DNA of 64,000 nt from Octopus vulgaris (taxonomy: Eukaryota): contig OX597827.1 of assembly GCA_951406725.2 (NCBI GenBank), positions 78,430,001 through 78,494,000 on the forward strand, in the 5' to 3' direction. A model generated the notes under the pieces. It was not told the DNA's origin, did not search any database, and saw only the letters and a list, made by a program, of their open reading frames with translations. The translations under genes and the position numbers were made by a program. How positions within the stretch are numbered: the first letter of the stretch is position 1; each line of letters opens with the position of its first letter. Positions 36,903-48,760 of this stretch are shown here, piece by piece.

Positions 36903-37973
36903 ATGAATCACATCATCACCTCCAACATTCCAGGTTACGAATTAACTGAAGTGATTCATGCCATGGAGACGAGTCACAGCTGCGATATCTGTGGTAAAGG
37001 GTTCTCACGGTTTGACAACCTGGAGAGGCATAAACTCACGCATCAGACTGTCAAACCATTCGGTTGTGATGTGTGCGGAAAATCGTTCTCCCATAAATCA
37101 CACCTGAAACAGCACCAGACCATTCACACTGGCGAGAAACCGTTCAAGTGCAACATCTGTGGTTTCTGTTTCTCCAGAAATGGTAACCTGACTCGTCACA
37201 TGAAAACCCATGGGCAGGGGACCATGCCTTCGATGGCCCCCCAGTATGAAACTCCTAACCCAAACACTGCAAGATCCTTTGCTGTTGACAAACCATATAA
37301 ATGTAACATTTGCGGCTGTGCTTTCGGAAGGAACGGAGATCTAACTCGCCATTTTAAGACGCACGAAGAATCTCTGTTCCAGAACCAGAGCACTACTTAC
37401 CAAAAGCCACAGCCGCCGCCGCCACCACCGCCTCCTCCACCGCCGCCGCCACAGCCTCAAACCCAACCACAGGTGCCTGCTAACTACCAAGACGATAATC
37501 CATTCAACTGTAAAGCCTGCTGGAAGGCCTTCACGGAGAGGTCCGATGCAGATATGCATGAGCGAATTCATGCTGCCTTGCTTCCCTACAAGTGTGACGT
37601 TTGTGGGAAGGCATTCTCAGAGAACAGCTACCTAGAGAGACACAAAAAGGCCCACACCAACGAGAAGATATTCTGCTGTGATATGTGCACCAAGTCGTTC
37701 TCCCAGAAATACCACCTCACGGTTCACAAACGGACGCACACGGGCGAGCGACCGTTCAAATGTAACATCTGCGGATTTGCCTTTTCGCGTAAAGATCACC
37801 TGGAGCGACACCAGCGAACCAATAAACTCGGGGATCGTAAACTGAGTTGTGTGCCACAGAACACTGCTGCAGCAACCTCAGAAACCCACCAAGCAACCCT
37901 CAGCGTATCTCAAGCACATCACACCACTGATATACCACAGCACGAAGGGGTGCCGCACTACATGAGCATATAA
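36903..37973 (+). CDS. C2H2 zinc-finger protein 2 (356 aa from the first ATG; 7 complete fingers plus 1 atypical; polyproline spacer)
   Basis: Branch point cctaac at 36841, long T tract and TAG acceptor ending at 36877, gccATG at 36903, intact ORF. The track start at 36861 is intronic. Confidence 0.92.
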   Translation: MNHIITSNIPGYELTEVIHAMETSHSCDICGKGFSRFDNLERHKLTHQTVKPFGCDVCGKSFSHKSHLKQHQTIHTGEKPFKCNICGFCFSRNGNLTRHMKTHGQGTMPSMAPQYETPNPNTARSFAVDKPYKCNICGCAFGRNGDLTRHFKTHEESLFQNQSTTYQKPQPPPPPPPPPPPPPQPQTQPQVPANYQDDNPFNCKACWKAFTERSDADMHERIHAALLPYKCDVCGKAFSENSYLERHKKAHTNEKIFCCDMCTKSFSQKYHLTVHKRTHTGERPFKCNICGFAFSRKDHLERHQRTNKLGDRKLSCVPQNTAAATSETHQATLSVSQAHHTTDIPQHEGVPHYMSI

Positions 37974-39532
37974 GGGAGACAACTCTTCGTCTTGAATTTG
38001 ATTTAACTCTCCAATGTTCTCGTTCTCTCTCTCTTTCTCTCTCCCTTTCTCTCTCTCCACTCTAAATAGTGAAGCCCCCCCCCAGCGGGCATCTAAGACA
38101 GAGAAACAGGCACGGCAGTTGTTCTTTAGCATTGACTATTGTGTGGTACTTTGCAGTACCTCATCAGTGTTTACAGAGAGAATTACTAAACTGACAGAAA
38201 AGGTACATGAGTGCTTGCAGTTAATAAGTACCTTGTAATGTGATAAACAGTATTTCTTCAAAGTACATTCGTTTCATTGCTAGGACTGATAATAATAATA
38301 ATAATAATAATAATGTCTTTTAATGACATCTTTCTATGAAATGCATCTGGAAACAATGGAATTTGTGTAAAGCAAGATGTGTTTGGAATACCACAATGGT
38401 TGCTATGCAGAGAAAGGAGCAAGCACAGTGAATGTTAAGTGGTGACTCTGTGTGTGTGTATGATATTGGTGGTAGCTGTGCTTGCCAAAGTACATCAGAA
38501 TGACATTGATATTTTTAAACAAGAAAGGTCACTTAACACATAAATTTACATTCTTTTATATATTTATACACACATACATACATATATGTAAATATAGTTT
38601 ACTGTTCCATTACAGGTAGGATCAACAAAAGAAGGATTCCATCCAGTGAGAAATAAATATCATTTAACATACACAGAATTTGAAAAAGAGATACCAATAG
38701 TTTCATGCCATACAGATACAATAATCTAGGACATTATTGTGGCTCAACAGCATGAAACTGTTAGTTGCTCTTTTAAAATTTTGTGTATATTAAATGATAT
38801 ATGTATGTATAGATAGATATATATGTGTGTGTGTAAAGGAAGTACAACTGTTTATAATAGTTGCACATGTGAGAAGCAGGGTTCATTTCTATATGAGACT
38901 GCTACAGATCAAAGACAAAAAGAAAATGAAATGGATATACTTGTATGTGACATTGTTTTGGACAAGGAAAAGAGATTTCCACATCTCCGACATTGGTGCC
39001 TGTATCAATGAAAACAAAAAAAATGGTACATTTCAATTGTAAAACTAAAGAGAAAAGAACTGGCAACTTACGGGTTTTTCCCCCCTCTCCTATTTCATTT
39101 GAATATATCCCTGAAAATGATGTTCCCTATGTAAGGAGTGATCAATGTTTGTGTCCAGTTTCAGTCAATGTGTCCTTGTTTATGGATCAACATCTTGTTT
39201 GTCTTCACTTGAAATTTATAATAATGTGTCATTAACCCCCACCCCTAATTCTTCATTTATTGAACAAAATTACAATCTACAAGAATTTAAACAAAGATGT
39301 CACTGTTTGGCTCTGGAGTTGGGTTCTGTGTGAACTCACCTGCAATCATGGTTTCAATCTGCACTGAAACTAATAACCACCAATGCTCTCCACAAGGGCA
39401 TCAACACCACAACTTCACCAAAACGTTCCCTTGCCCTTAAACATTGTAAGGGTTCATGTCTATCTTACATGTTTTTTTTTATTTATTTATTATGTTGTGT
39501 GGAGTGTCTCACATATATATATATATATATAT

Positions 39533-39930
39533 CAGGCACGTGCCGTTAGTAATTACTCAGGGTAGGCAGTTGGTGACCTTTGTGTAGTAAAAATAACACA
39601 AAAAATAAGAAAATCAGACGTGCGTCTGAGTTGAAGGCAGATTTAATTCTGCTTTTATAGCACATAAAGAAAACGGTGTTGTAGGAGTGTACGCAGCATG
39701 TGTACTACAGCAGTATTATGCATAGCTTGAATGCTGAGATTGAAAACCAAGGGCAAATTATGCCAACCTAATCTACAAGAAAATGAAATATTTTGCATTT
39801 TATGCATAGTAATCAGAGTAACCTTCATGATTTTATTGAATTAGGTGCATATTTTGCCATAAAAGGAAAATGTTGCTATTGATCTATTTTATTCGAGGCA
39901 GGCACTGCCTACCTAGGTGGTACGTCCCTG
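39533..39930. mobile_element. hAT-like MITE in (TA)n
   Basis: Imperfect TIRs caggcacgtgcc / ggtacgtccctg, subterminal ggtaggcagt / actgcctacc, ATATATAT on both sides. Confidence 0.65.
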
Positions 39931-41216
39931 ATATATATATGTATGTGTGTATATATATATATAATATATAATATATATATATATATGAATATATTCCCCC
40001 CCCCTCTTCTCCCAGCTCATAATCACTGTTGTTTGCTTCATTTCAAGAGGGTTACAACACCTGCCCAACTCTCACTCTTTATCTGTCTATGTATCTAACC
40101 ATCATTAAAAAAAATTAAGAAAGAAACACCAGAGTTATTCTATTTTGTAACTCTATACAAGTAGCTGCTCACCTTGGCCATTTATGTGTATGTATGTATA
40201 TATATATGTATGCACATTTATATATATATATATATATTGTTTGTGGATCAACAAAGCAACCAATAGTTTCATGTGGAGTAATCTTCACAATTATTCAAGC
40301 ATGCCACATGGAACTCTTGGTACTTGTCTCTGTTTTGCATGGGAATATATATATATCTTCATATAATTGTTTTTTCTATTTTGTTTACAATGTTCTTGAT
40401 CTGAACTCGTGTATTAAAATATATTTTCTTATATCTCAGGATAGTCAAGTAGACCTGCAATAGAGAAGCCTTGTCGTTGATGAGGTTGCAAGTAGCAAGG
40501 AAATGATTGGCCTTGCTGATTGATTGATTGATTGATTGACCAAACACTTAATAAGACAGTCAGTTAGTTGATTGGTTAAGTAATTGACAAAATAATATAA
40601 GAAGTGAAATAAGACCAGTGCATATATTTATTATTGGCATAATGACCTTCCCGAGATACAATACATACATATGTATGTTAAGGTTTTCGTCATCATCATT
40701 TAACATATGTTGTCCATGCTGGCACAGGTTGGACGGTTTGACCAGGGCTGGTAAACTGGAAGGCTGCACCAGACTCCAGTCAGTTTTCTGTGGCTGGATG
40801 CCCTTCCTAATGCCAACCATTCTGAGAGTGTGATGAGTGCTTTTACTTGCCACTGGCATTGACTGTGATTTTGCTTGGCATCATAGGTCTTCTTCTCAAG
40901 CATGACATAATGCCAAAGGTCTCGGTCATTGCCTCTGAATTCAGCCACTTTACCTCTGTGTATTTGATAAAATTAATATTACCTGGCTGATCATACTAAT
41001 TTTAATGAACCAGAGATGAAGTTGTTTAAAATGGCAGCTCAGCAAAATCTAAAGGAAACTGTGTTGATGGGCTTAGAACATCACTTTGAAGCCAGTCTTC
41101 AGGGATTTATAACTTTCAGGAAAGAAAGTAAAAGAGGTCAGAGAGGATTTAAAGGATGTAGGATATTTTATGAACGAAACCCAAGGACTTTAGTAAATGA
41201 TACAGGTATGTGTTTA

Positions 41217-41437
41217 CCCTTTGAGCATTTAAGGTGGTCACATCCTGCCCAAATATCCTACCTGTTTTAGGTTCAAACTGGCCAGTTCTGGCCTCTCACA
41301 CCTACCTGACAATGTCATTCTAAAACTAAACAGTTACAACTTCAAAATCTCAAAGCTAAGAGATAATGCAGGATTAATTCAGAAGTGTGTGAATAAATAA
41401 GTCTAACATTCGACAGAATAATTTGGATGTTAAAAGG
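41217..41437. mobile_element. Degenerate piggyBac-like MITE
   Basis: ccctttgagcatttaa...gatgttaaaagg-TTAA; same family as 51166-53209. Confidence 0.55.
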
Positions 41438-41554
41438 TTAACAGATCCTGGGCCATGTGATATGTGATGAGTAGTTTCTGTTGAAACAGTATCAACTTTT
41501 GTTACCACCTCTGGTACATGTGGCCCTTATTGGTACGGAGGTCCTCATTGCCTC

Positions 41555-41810
41555 ACCATGCCTGCACTGGGTGGGACATGTTTGTGGAATGGAGGACAGC
41601 AGACTCCCGGGGCTAGTTTTCTGCACTGGACTGTATCAAGGCAGAGGGAACTGTGGTGACCAGAGGTTGCGATGCAGGGTTGTGTTAGGGGAGCTCTGGC
41701 ATCTTCCTGGACACGTGGCTGGAGAAGGTCCTGCAGCACAAAGTGGCACCAGTTGCTCAAGCTCATGATTCCAGCCGTTGAGGAGAAACACCAGAGAGAA
41801 TACAAGAGAG
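41555..41810 (+). mobile_element. Old RTE-like LINE fragment
   Basis: LHWVGHVCGMEDSRLP...G.R..G.QRLR motif. Confidence 0.55.
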
Positions 41811-42334
41811 CACATGAGATACATCACTTCTCCATTGCATCAAGTAACTTCACCTGCAGCAGATGAAGACCAGGCCTTGTAGCCCACAGGTGAACCTGTC
41901 AGAGATGATTACTGATCAAGAATGGACAACACTGACCTACAACAGACAGCCAATGACCACCACCACTGGTACGTTTGACTAATGTTCACTTCTCAACTTG
42001 TGTTTTGGGTTCAATCCCATCGCGTAGCTTCTTGAGCAAGTATCTTCTACTAAGTCTCAGATTAAGCAATAACTTAGGTATGAATTTAGTAGATGGAAAC
42101 TGAAAGAAGCCCTATGTGTGTGTGTGTGTATGTACATGTGTAGACCAGTGTGCCTCCTAACATCAGAGAGTAACTTGGTGAAATAAATAATGGGGCCGGT
42201 ATCAACTAAGACATTTGAAGGCAGTGTTCCAGCATGGGCTTGATTCATTGCTTGAAACCAGTGAAGAGACATTTAAATGCGGTGAAGTATTTTGCCAGGC
42301 TTGCAATTTGAGGGAGGGATTAGTCAATATTATC

Positions 42335-42972
42335 GTGGCCGTTTGCCAGCCCTGTCTGGCCCCCATGTCAGTGACATGTAAAAGCACCATCCGTTCGTGT
42401 CCGTTTGCCAGCCCTGTCTGGCCCCCATGTCGGTGACATGTAAAAGCACCATCCGTTCGTGTCCGTTGCCAGCCTCGCCTGGCCCCCGTGCCGGTGACAC
42501 GTAAAAGCACCATCCGTTCGTGGCCGTTTGCCAGCCGTGTCGGTGGCATGTAAAAGCACCATCGGTTCGTGCCCGTTGCCAGCCTCGCCTGGCCCCCGTG
42601 CCGGTGACACGTAAAAGCACCATCCGTTTCGTGGCCGTTTGCCAGCTCTGTCTGGCCCCCGTGTTGGTGGCACGTAAAAGCACCATCCGTTCGTGTCCGT
42701 TGCCAGCCTCGCCTGGCCCCGTGCCGGTGACACGTAAAAGTACCATCCGTTCGTGGCCGTTTGCCAGCTCTGTCTGGCACCTGTGCGGGTGGCACGTAAA
42801 AAGCACCCACTACACTCACGGAGTGGTTGGCGTTAGGAAGGGCATCCAGCCGTAGAAACACTGCCAGATCTGACTGGGCCTGATGAAGCCTTCCAGCTTC
42901 ACAGACCCCAGTTGAACCGTCCAACCCATGCTAGCATGGAGAATGGACGCTAAATGATGATGATGATGATGA
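42335..42972 (+). mobile_element. SINE family M with about 7.5 tandem 61-bp internal units (42335-42810)
   Basis: Unit gtggccgttgccagcctcgcctggcccccgtgccggtgacacgtaaaagcaccatccgttc, then the core and (GAT)n tail. Confidence 0.88.
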
Positions 42973-43172
42973 TTCTACTGATGTTGTTTAGCCCTAGGTC
43001 AGTCCTGATTGAGTGGATTTAGGATTAAACAATTCTACTCAAAATGATGCTGTATTTTGTTTTATCAGACACTGTGTATCTAGGACTACATTGTCCAATG
43101 TTAATGTTGTTATTTAGTTCCTGGTCCAGTAGATCCTATAATTAGTGATTATCCCATCTTAATTAGATTAAA

Positions 43173-44403
43173 TTAGGTTGTCAAGAAAGTTCTTGCGGAA
43201 TTTTAAATTTTGGTTTGAAATGATGTATTTTCAAATTAATTTTCGTTTACTTTGACTTTATTTATCATTTTAAAACGTGTTTTTCACTCTATCTAATCAT
43301 GTTAATCTTTTTCTTTTTGAATAATTAGGCTATTTTTTTCTGGAATGGACAAAAAGCAAATTTGCATAATTTTCTTATTCTAGTTCAGGCTAGGCCAAAA
43401 AGCTGCTGGAATATCTTGTGATATCAACGATGCATTTGGCCCAGGAACCCCTAATAAACGTTCTGCACAATGTTGGTTCAAGAAATTTTGTAGCGGTGAC
43501 GAGAGTCTTGAAGATGGTAGTGGTCGGCCATCGGATGTTGACAACGATCAACTAAGAGCCTTAGTTGAAGCCAATCCATGCTCAACTGTTCGAGAGCTTG
43601 CTTCTGAATTAGCCATAACATATATGACAATTTCTAACCACGTGAAAGAGATTGGAAAAACAAAAATACTTGAGAAATGGGTGCCACACAAATTGAACGA
43701 CAACCAAAAAAAAATGCCATTTTGAAGTGTTGTCTTCCTTTCCTTTACACAACAAGAATGGCTCATTTCTCGACTGAATTGTGACGCGTTGAAAAGCTCA
43801 GTAGATGGACGCCGATGAAGCTCCACGGCACTTCCCAAAGCCAAAGTTGCACCAAAAGAAAGTCATGGTGACTGTTTGGTGGTCTGCGGCCAGTCTCATC
43901 CATCAAAGCTTTTTGGATCCAGGCAAAATCATTACGGCAGAGAAGTACTGTCAGCAAATGGATGAAATGCATAAGAATCTCCGACAACATCAGCCAGCAT
44001 TGGTCAATAGAAAAGGACCAATTCTTCTCCACGACAATGCTTGGCCACACATCACACAACTGACCCTGCAGAAGTTGAACGAATTGGGCTATGAAACTCT
44101 GCCTCATCCGCCATACTCACCAGACCTCTCACCTACCGACTACCACTTTTTCAAGCATCTCGACAACTTCCTGCTTGAGAAATGCTTCGAAAACCAAGAC
44201 GATGCCAAACGCGCCTTCAACAACTTCATCGCCACCAGAATGCATGATTTTTATGCTACTGGCATAAATAAACTTGTTTCACATTGGCAAAAGTGTGTTG
44301 ATTCTGATGGTGTTTATTTCGATTAATAAAGTTTTGTTTGAGCCGAGATATGTGCATCTGAATTTAAAGGTTAAAAACCACTAGAACTTTCTTGACAACC
44401 TAA
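43173..44403 (+). mobile_element. Near full-length mariner transposon, pseudogenised transposase (Hsmar1/cecropia-like)
   Basis: TIRs ttaggttgtcaagaaagttc / gaactttcttgacaacctaa followed by TA. ATG at 43345 with an early TAG; WVPH, HDNA and YSPDL motifs; stop at 44326. Confidence 0.93.
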
Positions 44404-45383
44404 TAGTATACAGGCTTACATTGGTCAATGTCTTTCCTTTTACAAGAGAGTAGGGCAAGATTCAGCTGCTATTTCTAGCAGGTCAAGCACCCCATACATT
44501 TTCCTTTATTGGCTCACATTATTTGTGATGGTGGTTTTTGCTAATCCTACTTTCACATCAGGAGGCAGTATTTGGGGAAACTAGGTTCAGCTCTGGTTTT
44601 ATGAATCTTAGGACTAATGAAAGACCCGACTCCTAAGTGTCTCTTAAGATCACATCCAATTTTTTTTCATCTTTTTAACATGTTAGGGCTTGGGTTTGAG
44701 GGAAATTTGGCTGCTATTTCTTATAGTTTGAGTAACCCTGTAGAGGTTCACTCAGTGGTAGTGGTTGACTTCTGCTTGAAAAAAACTAAGAGAAAGAGAG
44801 AGGTTGTATCATGTGTAAAAAAACAATGAATAGGTTGTTGATGTCCAGAGGAAAGAGTAAGAGAGTAGGGCAAGATTCAGTTGCTATTTCTAGCAGGCCA
44901 AGCACCCTGAACATTTTCCTTCATTGGCTCACATTGCAGTACACCTCTGCTGGTAAAGAGATTCTCATTAACACATGTATCAACAAGCTTCTTTGCTCTA
45001 GACACGAGGCTCAAAATTTTTGGGGGAGAAGGCCAGTCGATTAGATTGACCCCAGTATGCAACTGGTACTTAATTTATCGACCCTGAAAGGATGAAAGGC
45101 AAAGTTGACCTCGGTAGAATTTGAACTCAGAATGTAAAGACAGATGAAATACCACTAAGCATTTCACCTGGCGTGCTAACGATTCTGCCAGCTTGCCACC
45201 TTTCAAGTTTCTTTATTCTTGAGATGAAAGAATGGTTAATGCTGAACTGCAAGTGAGCTCTGAATAAATCAAGGTATGATCTTGTCTTGCAAGGGTACTT
45301 GGAGATGACCCTGTTGGTGCTGGTGCCGTGTAAAAGGCACCCAATGCATTGTGTAAAGTGGTTGGTGTTAGGAAGGGCATCCA

Positions 45384-45719
45384 TGGTGAGAGAAATGTAT
45401 GGCGTGAGGCTTTTTGACAGCAGGAGGACCGAGGACTTGATGGGGATGCTGAGGTTGGAGGAATCAGTGGAACAGCTGGCAAGGGCAAATGGAGTGCAGT
45501 GGCTGAGGAGGGATGAGGAGCATGTTCTGAAGAGGATGCTAGAGTTTGAGGTAAATGGACAGCGAAAGCAAGGTAGACCAAGGAAAATGTGGAGGGTTGG
45601 CTTGAGAAGGGAGGACGCCCAAAACCGGGTGAGATGATGCGAGTGCAAATGCTATGGCATTGAGGTCCGGTCACCCCTGTTAACAGGGACAAAAGCAGGA
45701 TTCAAAATGATGGATGATG
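45384..45719 (+). mobile_element. RTE-like LINE 3' fragment inserted in a family M SINE
   Basis: G.RKQGRPRKMW motif, (GAT)-type tail, host core split at gcatcca|gctgtag with ATCCA duplicated. Confidence 0.7.
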
Positions 45720-46883
45720 ATCCAGCTGTAGAAACTGCCAAAGCAGACAATGGAACCTGGTGCAGCTCCTGTCAAGCTGTCCAACCCATGCCTGTTTGGA
45801 AAACAGACGTTTAATGATGATGATGATGATGATGATCAAAGGCATTCCAACCATGACTATCCTATATTCAGGTAGTGTAGTTTGGGATATGCTATCCAAT
45901 GTAGTTTCTAAGATAGGGTTGATTTGAGGACGGTTTGGTAGTTATTATATACTTTTTTAATGGTCAAAGGAACATCATAGTGGCTACCTTATTGCTTCAA
46001 GGAATGGCTCCTTGTTTTGAAGCCATCAACTGTTTCAACTGGCTTTGGATTAAGGATGTGACAGTATACTTAGAACATCATCTAATGTATCCTAGCTTAA
46101 AACAGTATGATTTGGCTTGTCAGCAGCCACATTTCATCTATAACCATCCAATTTTATTTTTAGACATAGTGCATCTAGGGCTACACTACCTAATGTGTCC
46201 TACCTGAAAACAATAAGCAGCACCATGGAATTCAGTGGTGAGTAACTTTACCACAAGGTTCCTCATTGTAAAAGGTTTTGCAGCAACATTGCTTTCTGAG
46301 AGTCAAATGACTTGTTGATGTGGGATGTGGGAAACATGTCCTTGTTAGGCCTATTTTAGGGTGGCTTGTGGTTAATGAGGGGATTAACTGAAGTGATGAA
46401 GGGGCCAGTCCTTTAAGAATCATTCTAGAACAGATAGTGAATGGCTATAAGATGTGATCTGTGGATCCAGTATTCTGGATATATTGTACCCCTTAAAAAT
46501 TGAAGATCACACTGTACACAGAGGTGCATTGGTTTATTATGTAGGGTGTAAGTTGTCCAAAAGCAGTGACCACCCCCATCTTGACCTTTAAGACAAAGTA
46601 GTGTGATAAGGAGATTTGGTTGCTATTTCTAGCAAGTGGAGTAAACAGGTGTGATAGAATAGTCACTGCTGGAACGTTTCTGATCAGATTTCAACCGGAT
46701 CATGGCTAAATTCATCTTTATAAACTAAATACAGGTTTATAAAATATTTTCTCTTGTTTGAAAATATTTCTCTAAAGACGATATATAGAAAAGAAGTCAT
46801 AATAATATATATATATAAATATATAGTGTATAAAAATACATACATTTATTCCTTCTCTCGTTTAAAAAAACACATGTAATTTG

Positions 46884-47867
46884 TTAGCTGTCCTTAAGAG
46901 AGGATGGAGACTTGAATAACCATTTAATGTAGATAAAGAACAACAATAGACCAAATTGTACGATGTACAATGAAAATGGTTTCATCGTTGCTACAGTGTC
47001 TGTGTCAAGCTGATCTAATGCCTGATGGCCATAATACAGGGAAAACGTCAAACACTGGAAAAACACGTAATATATGAGCATCGCACGTTGTTCCTTTGTG
47101 AAAATGTTTGGAGGTTGGCTTTTCTGAATGTCGTCAGCCGTGTCTTTCAATCTGGCTTCTCCAGATGGCGAATTATTTCTCTTGTGTTGCTTCTCACCTG
47201 CCAGGTCTCTGCAATTGTTACTTTTATCAAAAAAGCCGTTCTGATGTTTTATAGTCAGAGAAAACATCACAACACGACCGACATACTCATTCAGATTACA
47301 TTTAACGAATTTTGCCAATAAGCTCTCTTCAGATAATGGTTTCCTGTGCTCTTCGTTTGGAAATGGCTGACAATATATTTCTGGCGTCAGAACCATTTGC
47401 AATAATAAATACATCAAATTGTCTGGATATTTTAATAGAAGCCTTTCACAAGCAATGGCTGACGAATATCTTAATGGTTTTCTTTCTTTTTTCTCCAATT
47501 GTATTGCTTTTGAAACATCTTCATTGAAAATTCCCGACAGAGTATTGTCTTCGTCTGGCTCTGTGTTTCGCCTGTTGTCTGCAGAATGCTGGCTTGATTG
47601 AAACAACATGCTATCCAACGGTGCATTCTCCATGTGTACAGTGAAACATAATATGCTAGTTAAGGACAATAAACTATTGTTCGGTTTATTTTTAATAGTT
47701 CGATTCGTTTGGTAAATGTTACCGTCCAACTGAAAAGAATCCAATGATTTGAGTTGTAGCTTTGAATACGGTCTTGTTACAATCGGCTGATTCGGCACAA
47801 CAGATCGTTGATTTGTGGCTTGAAATGATGTTTTCTTTTTAGACTGAAAAACGTTCAAAGTGGACAT
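46884..47867 (-). CDS. Uncharacterised protein, about 327 aa, two C-terminal hydrophobic helices
   Basis: 1-kb stop-free ORF in AT-rich DNA. An 80-nt GT-AG intron (47952-47873) precedes the ATG at 47867; AATAAA lies about 35 nt after the stop. Confidence 0.65.
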   Translation of the reverse strand: MSTLNVFQSKKKTSFQATNQRSVVPNQPIVTRPYSKLQLKSLDSFQLDGNIYQTNRTIKNKPNNSLLSLTSILCFTVHMENAPLDSMLFQSSQHSADNRRNTEPDEDNTLSGIFNEDVSKAIQLEKKERKPLRYSSAIACERLLLKYPDNLMYLLLQMVLTPEIYCQPFPNEEHRKPLSEESLLAKFVKCNLNEYVGRVVMFSLTIKHQNGFFDKSNNCRDLAGEKQHKRNNSPSGEARLKDTADDIQKSQPPNIFTKEQRAMLIYYVFFQCLTFSLYYGHQALDQLDTDTVATMKPFSLYIVQFGLLLFFIYIKWLFKSPSSLKDS

Positions 47868-48349
47868 GGAGCCTAAAAAAGAGCGGTTTCCTGTCACATT
47901 CTTTATATAATTCATAATTTCTTTGGCTAATGTAACATGAAAATGTACTCACTTCATATTTATTTTAATCATGGTTCTGCTTATATGTATGTCTATATTC
48001 CAACTTTTTTCCTCCGTAATGCCACAATATAACAATTCAAACAAACTGTTGCCTTCATTTTAAAAGAGGTAATTTCTTTTATTTTTCCGATCTGGTGATT
48101 TTGGCAACACTTCGAAATTCCCTTTATATATATATTATAGTCTTCTGAAAATCTATGTAGGATGTGTTTCGAATTGTCAACTTATATTGAGAAATTTTCC
48201 ATTGAATGATATCTTAAAAGTCGAGCCCCAAGCTGAAATAGATTATCTGCACAAAAGTTTTTTATGGTGGGTGGGGGTCTTCACAAAAATAACGGTAATT
48301 TACTATTGAAAAAGTGAAGTTCATTTAGAGACATTTTTCAAAATGATTT

Positions 48350-48760
48350 ACAAAATGGCTGCCTCTTAAGACAAAAGTTAATTAACAAAAAAGCTACGAA
48401 GAAAAAAAGAACCTTTAAAATAGAGATTTGTGAGTTATTTCACATTAAAAAAAACACACACACGCACACACACATGAATGGAGGGAAAATGCACTAATTC
48501 TTTTCTTCTCTTCAGTTTTCACTTCTCCGTTGTGCAGCAGTCTCCCTCCCGTCTGCCAACGACATTGTCGATCGATTTAAAAAGACATAAAAACACAAAG
48601 CTCCAGCGTTCGTGTGACCTGCGAACGACGCTTGTCGTCGAGACACGTCATGGCTGTTTGGTTTACAAACCATTCACAGTTGATTGTTAAAACTTACCAC
48701 TGACAGATGTTCTCTATTTATCTTCTCGTGTCTGTTGTTTTTGTTTCATCCAACACAAAC
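48350..48760 (-). promoter_or_regulatory. Candidate promoter / first exon of the uncharacterised gene
   Basis: Local CpG enrichment at 48520-48660, AAAATGGC motif, donor GTG|GTAAGT at 48698/48697. Confidence 0.4.

Noticed and set aside
42878-42900. CTGATGA hammerhead core
   Set aside because: Chance variant of the SINE sequence cctggtgcagcc; no GAAA or stems.
42202-42924. Overlapping 120-240 aa ORFs
   Set aside because: Translation of the 61-bp SINE-internal repeat.
43805-44326. SETMAR-like host gene
   Set aside because: Lies between TIRs, upstream part has stops and frameshifts, no SET domain exons seen.
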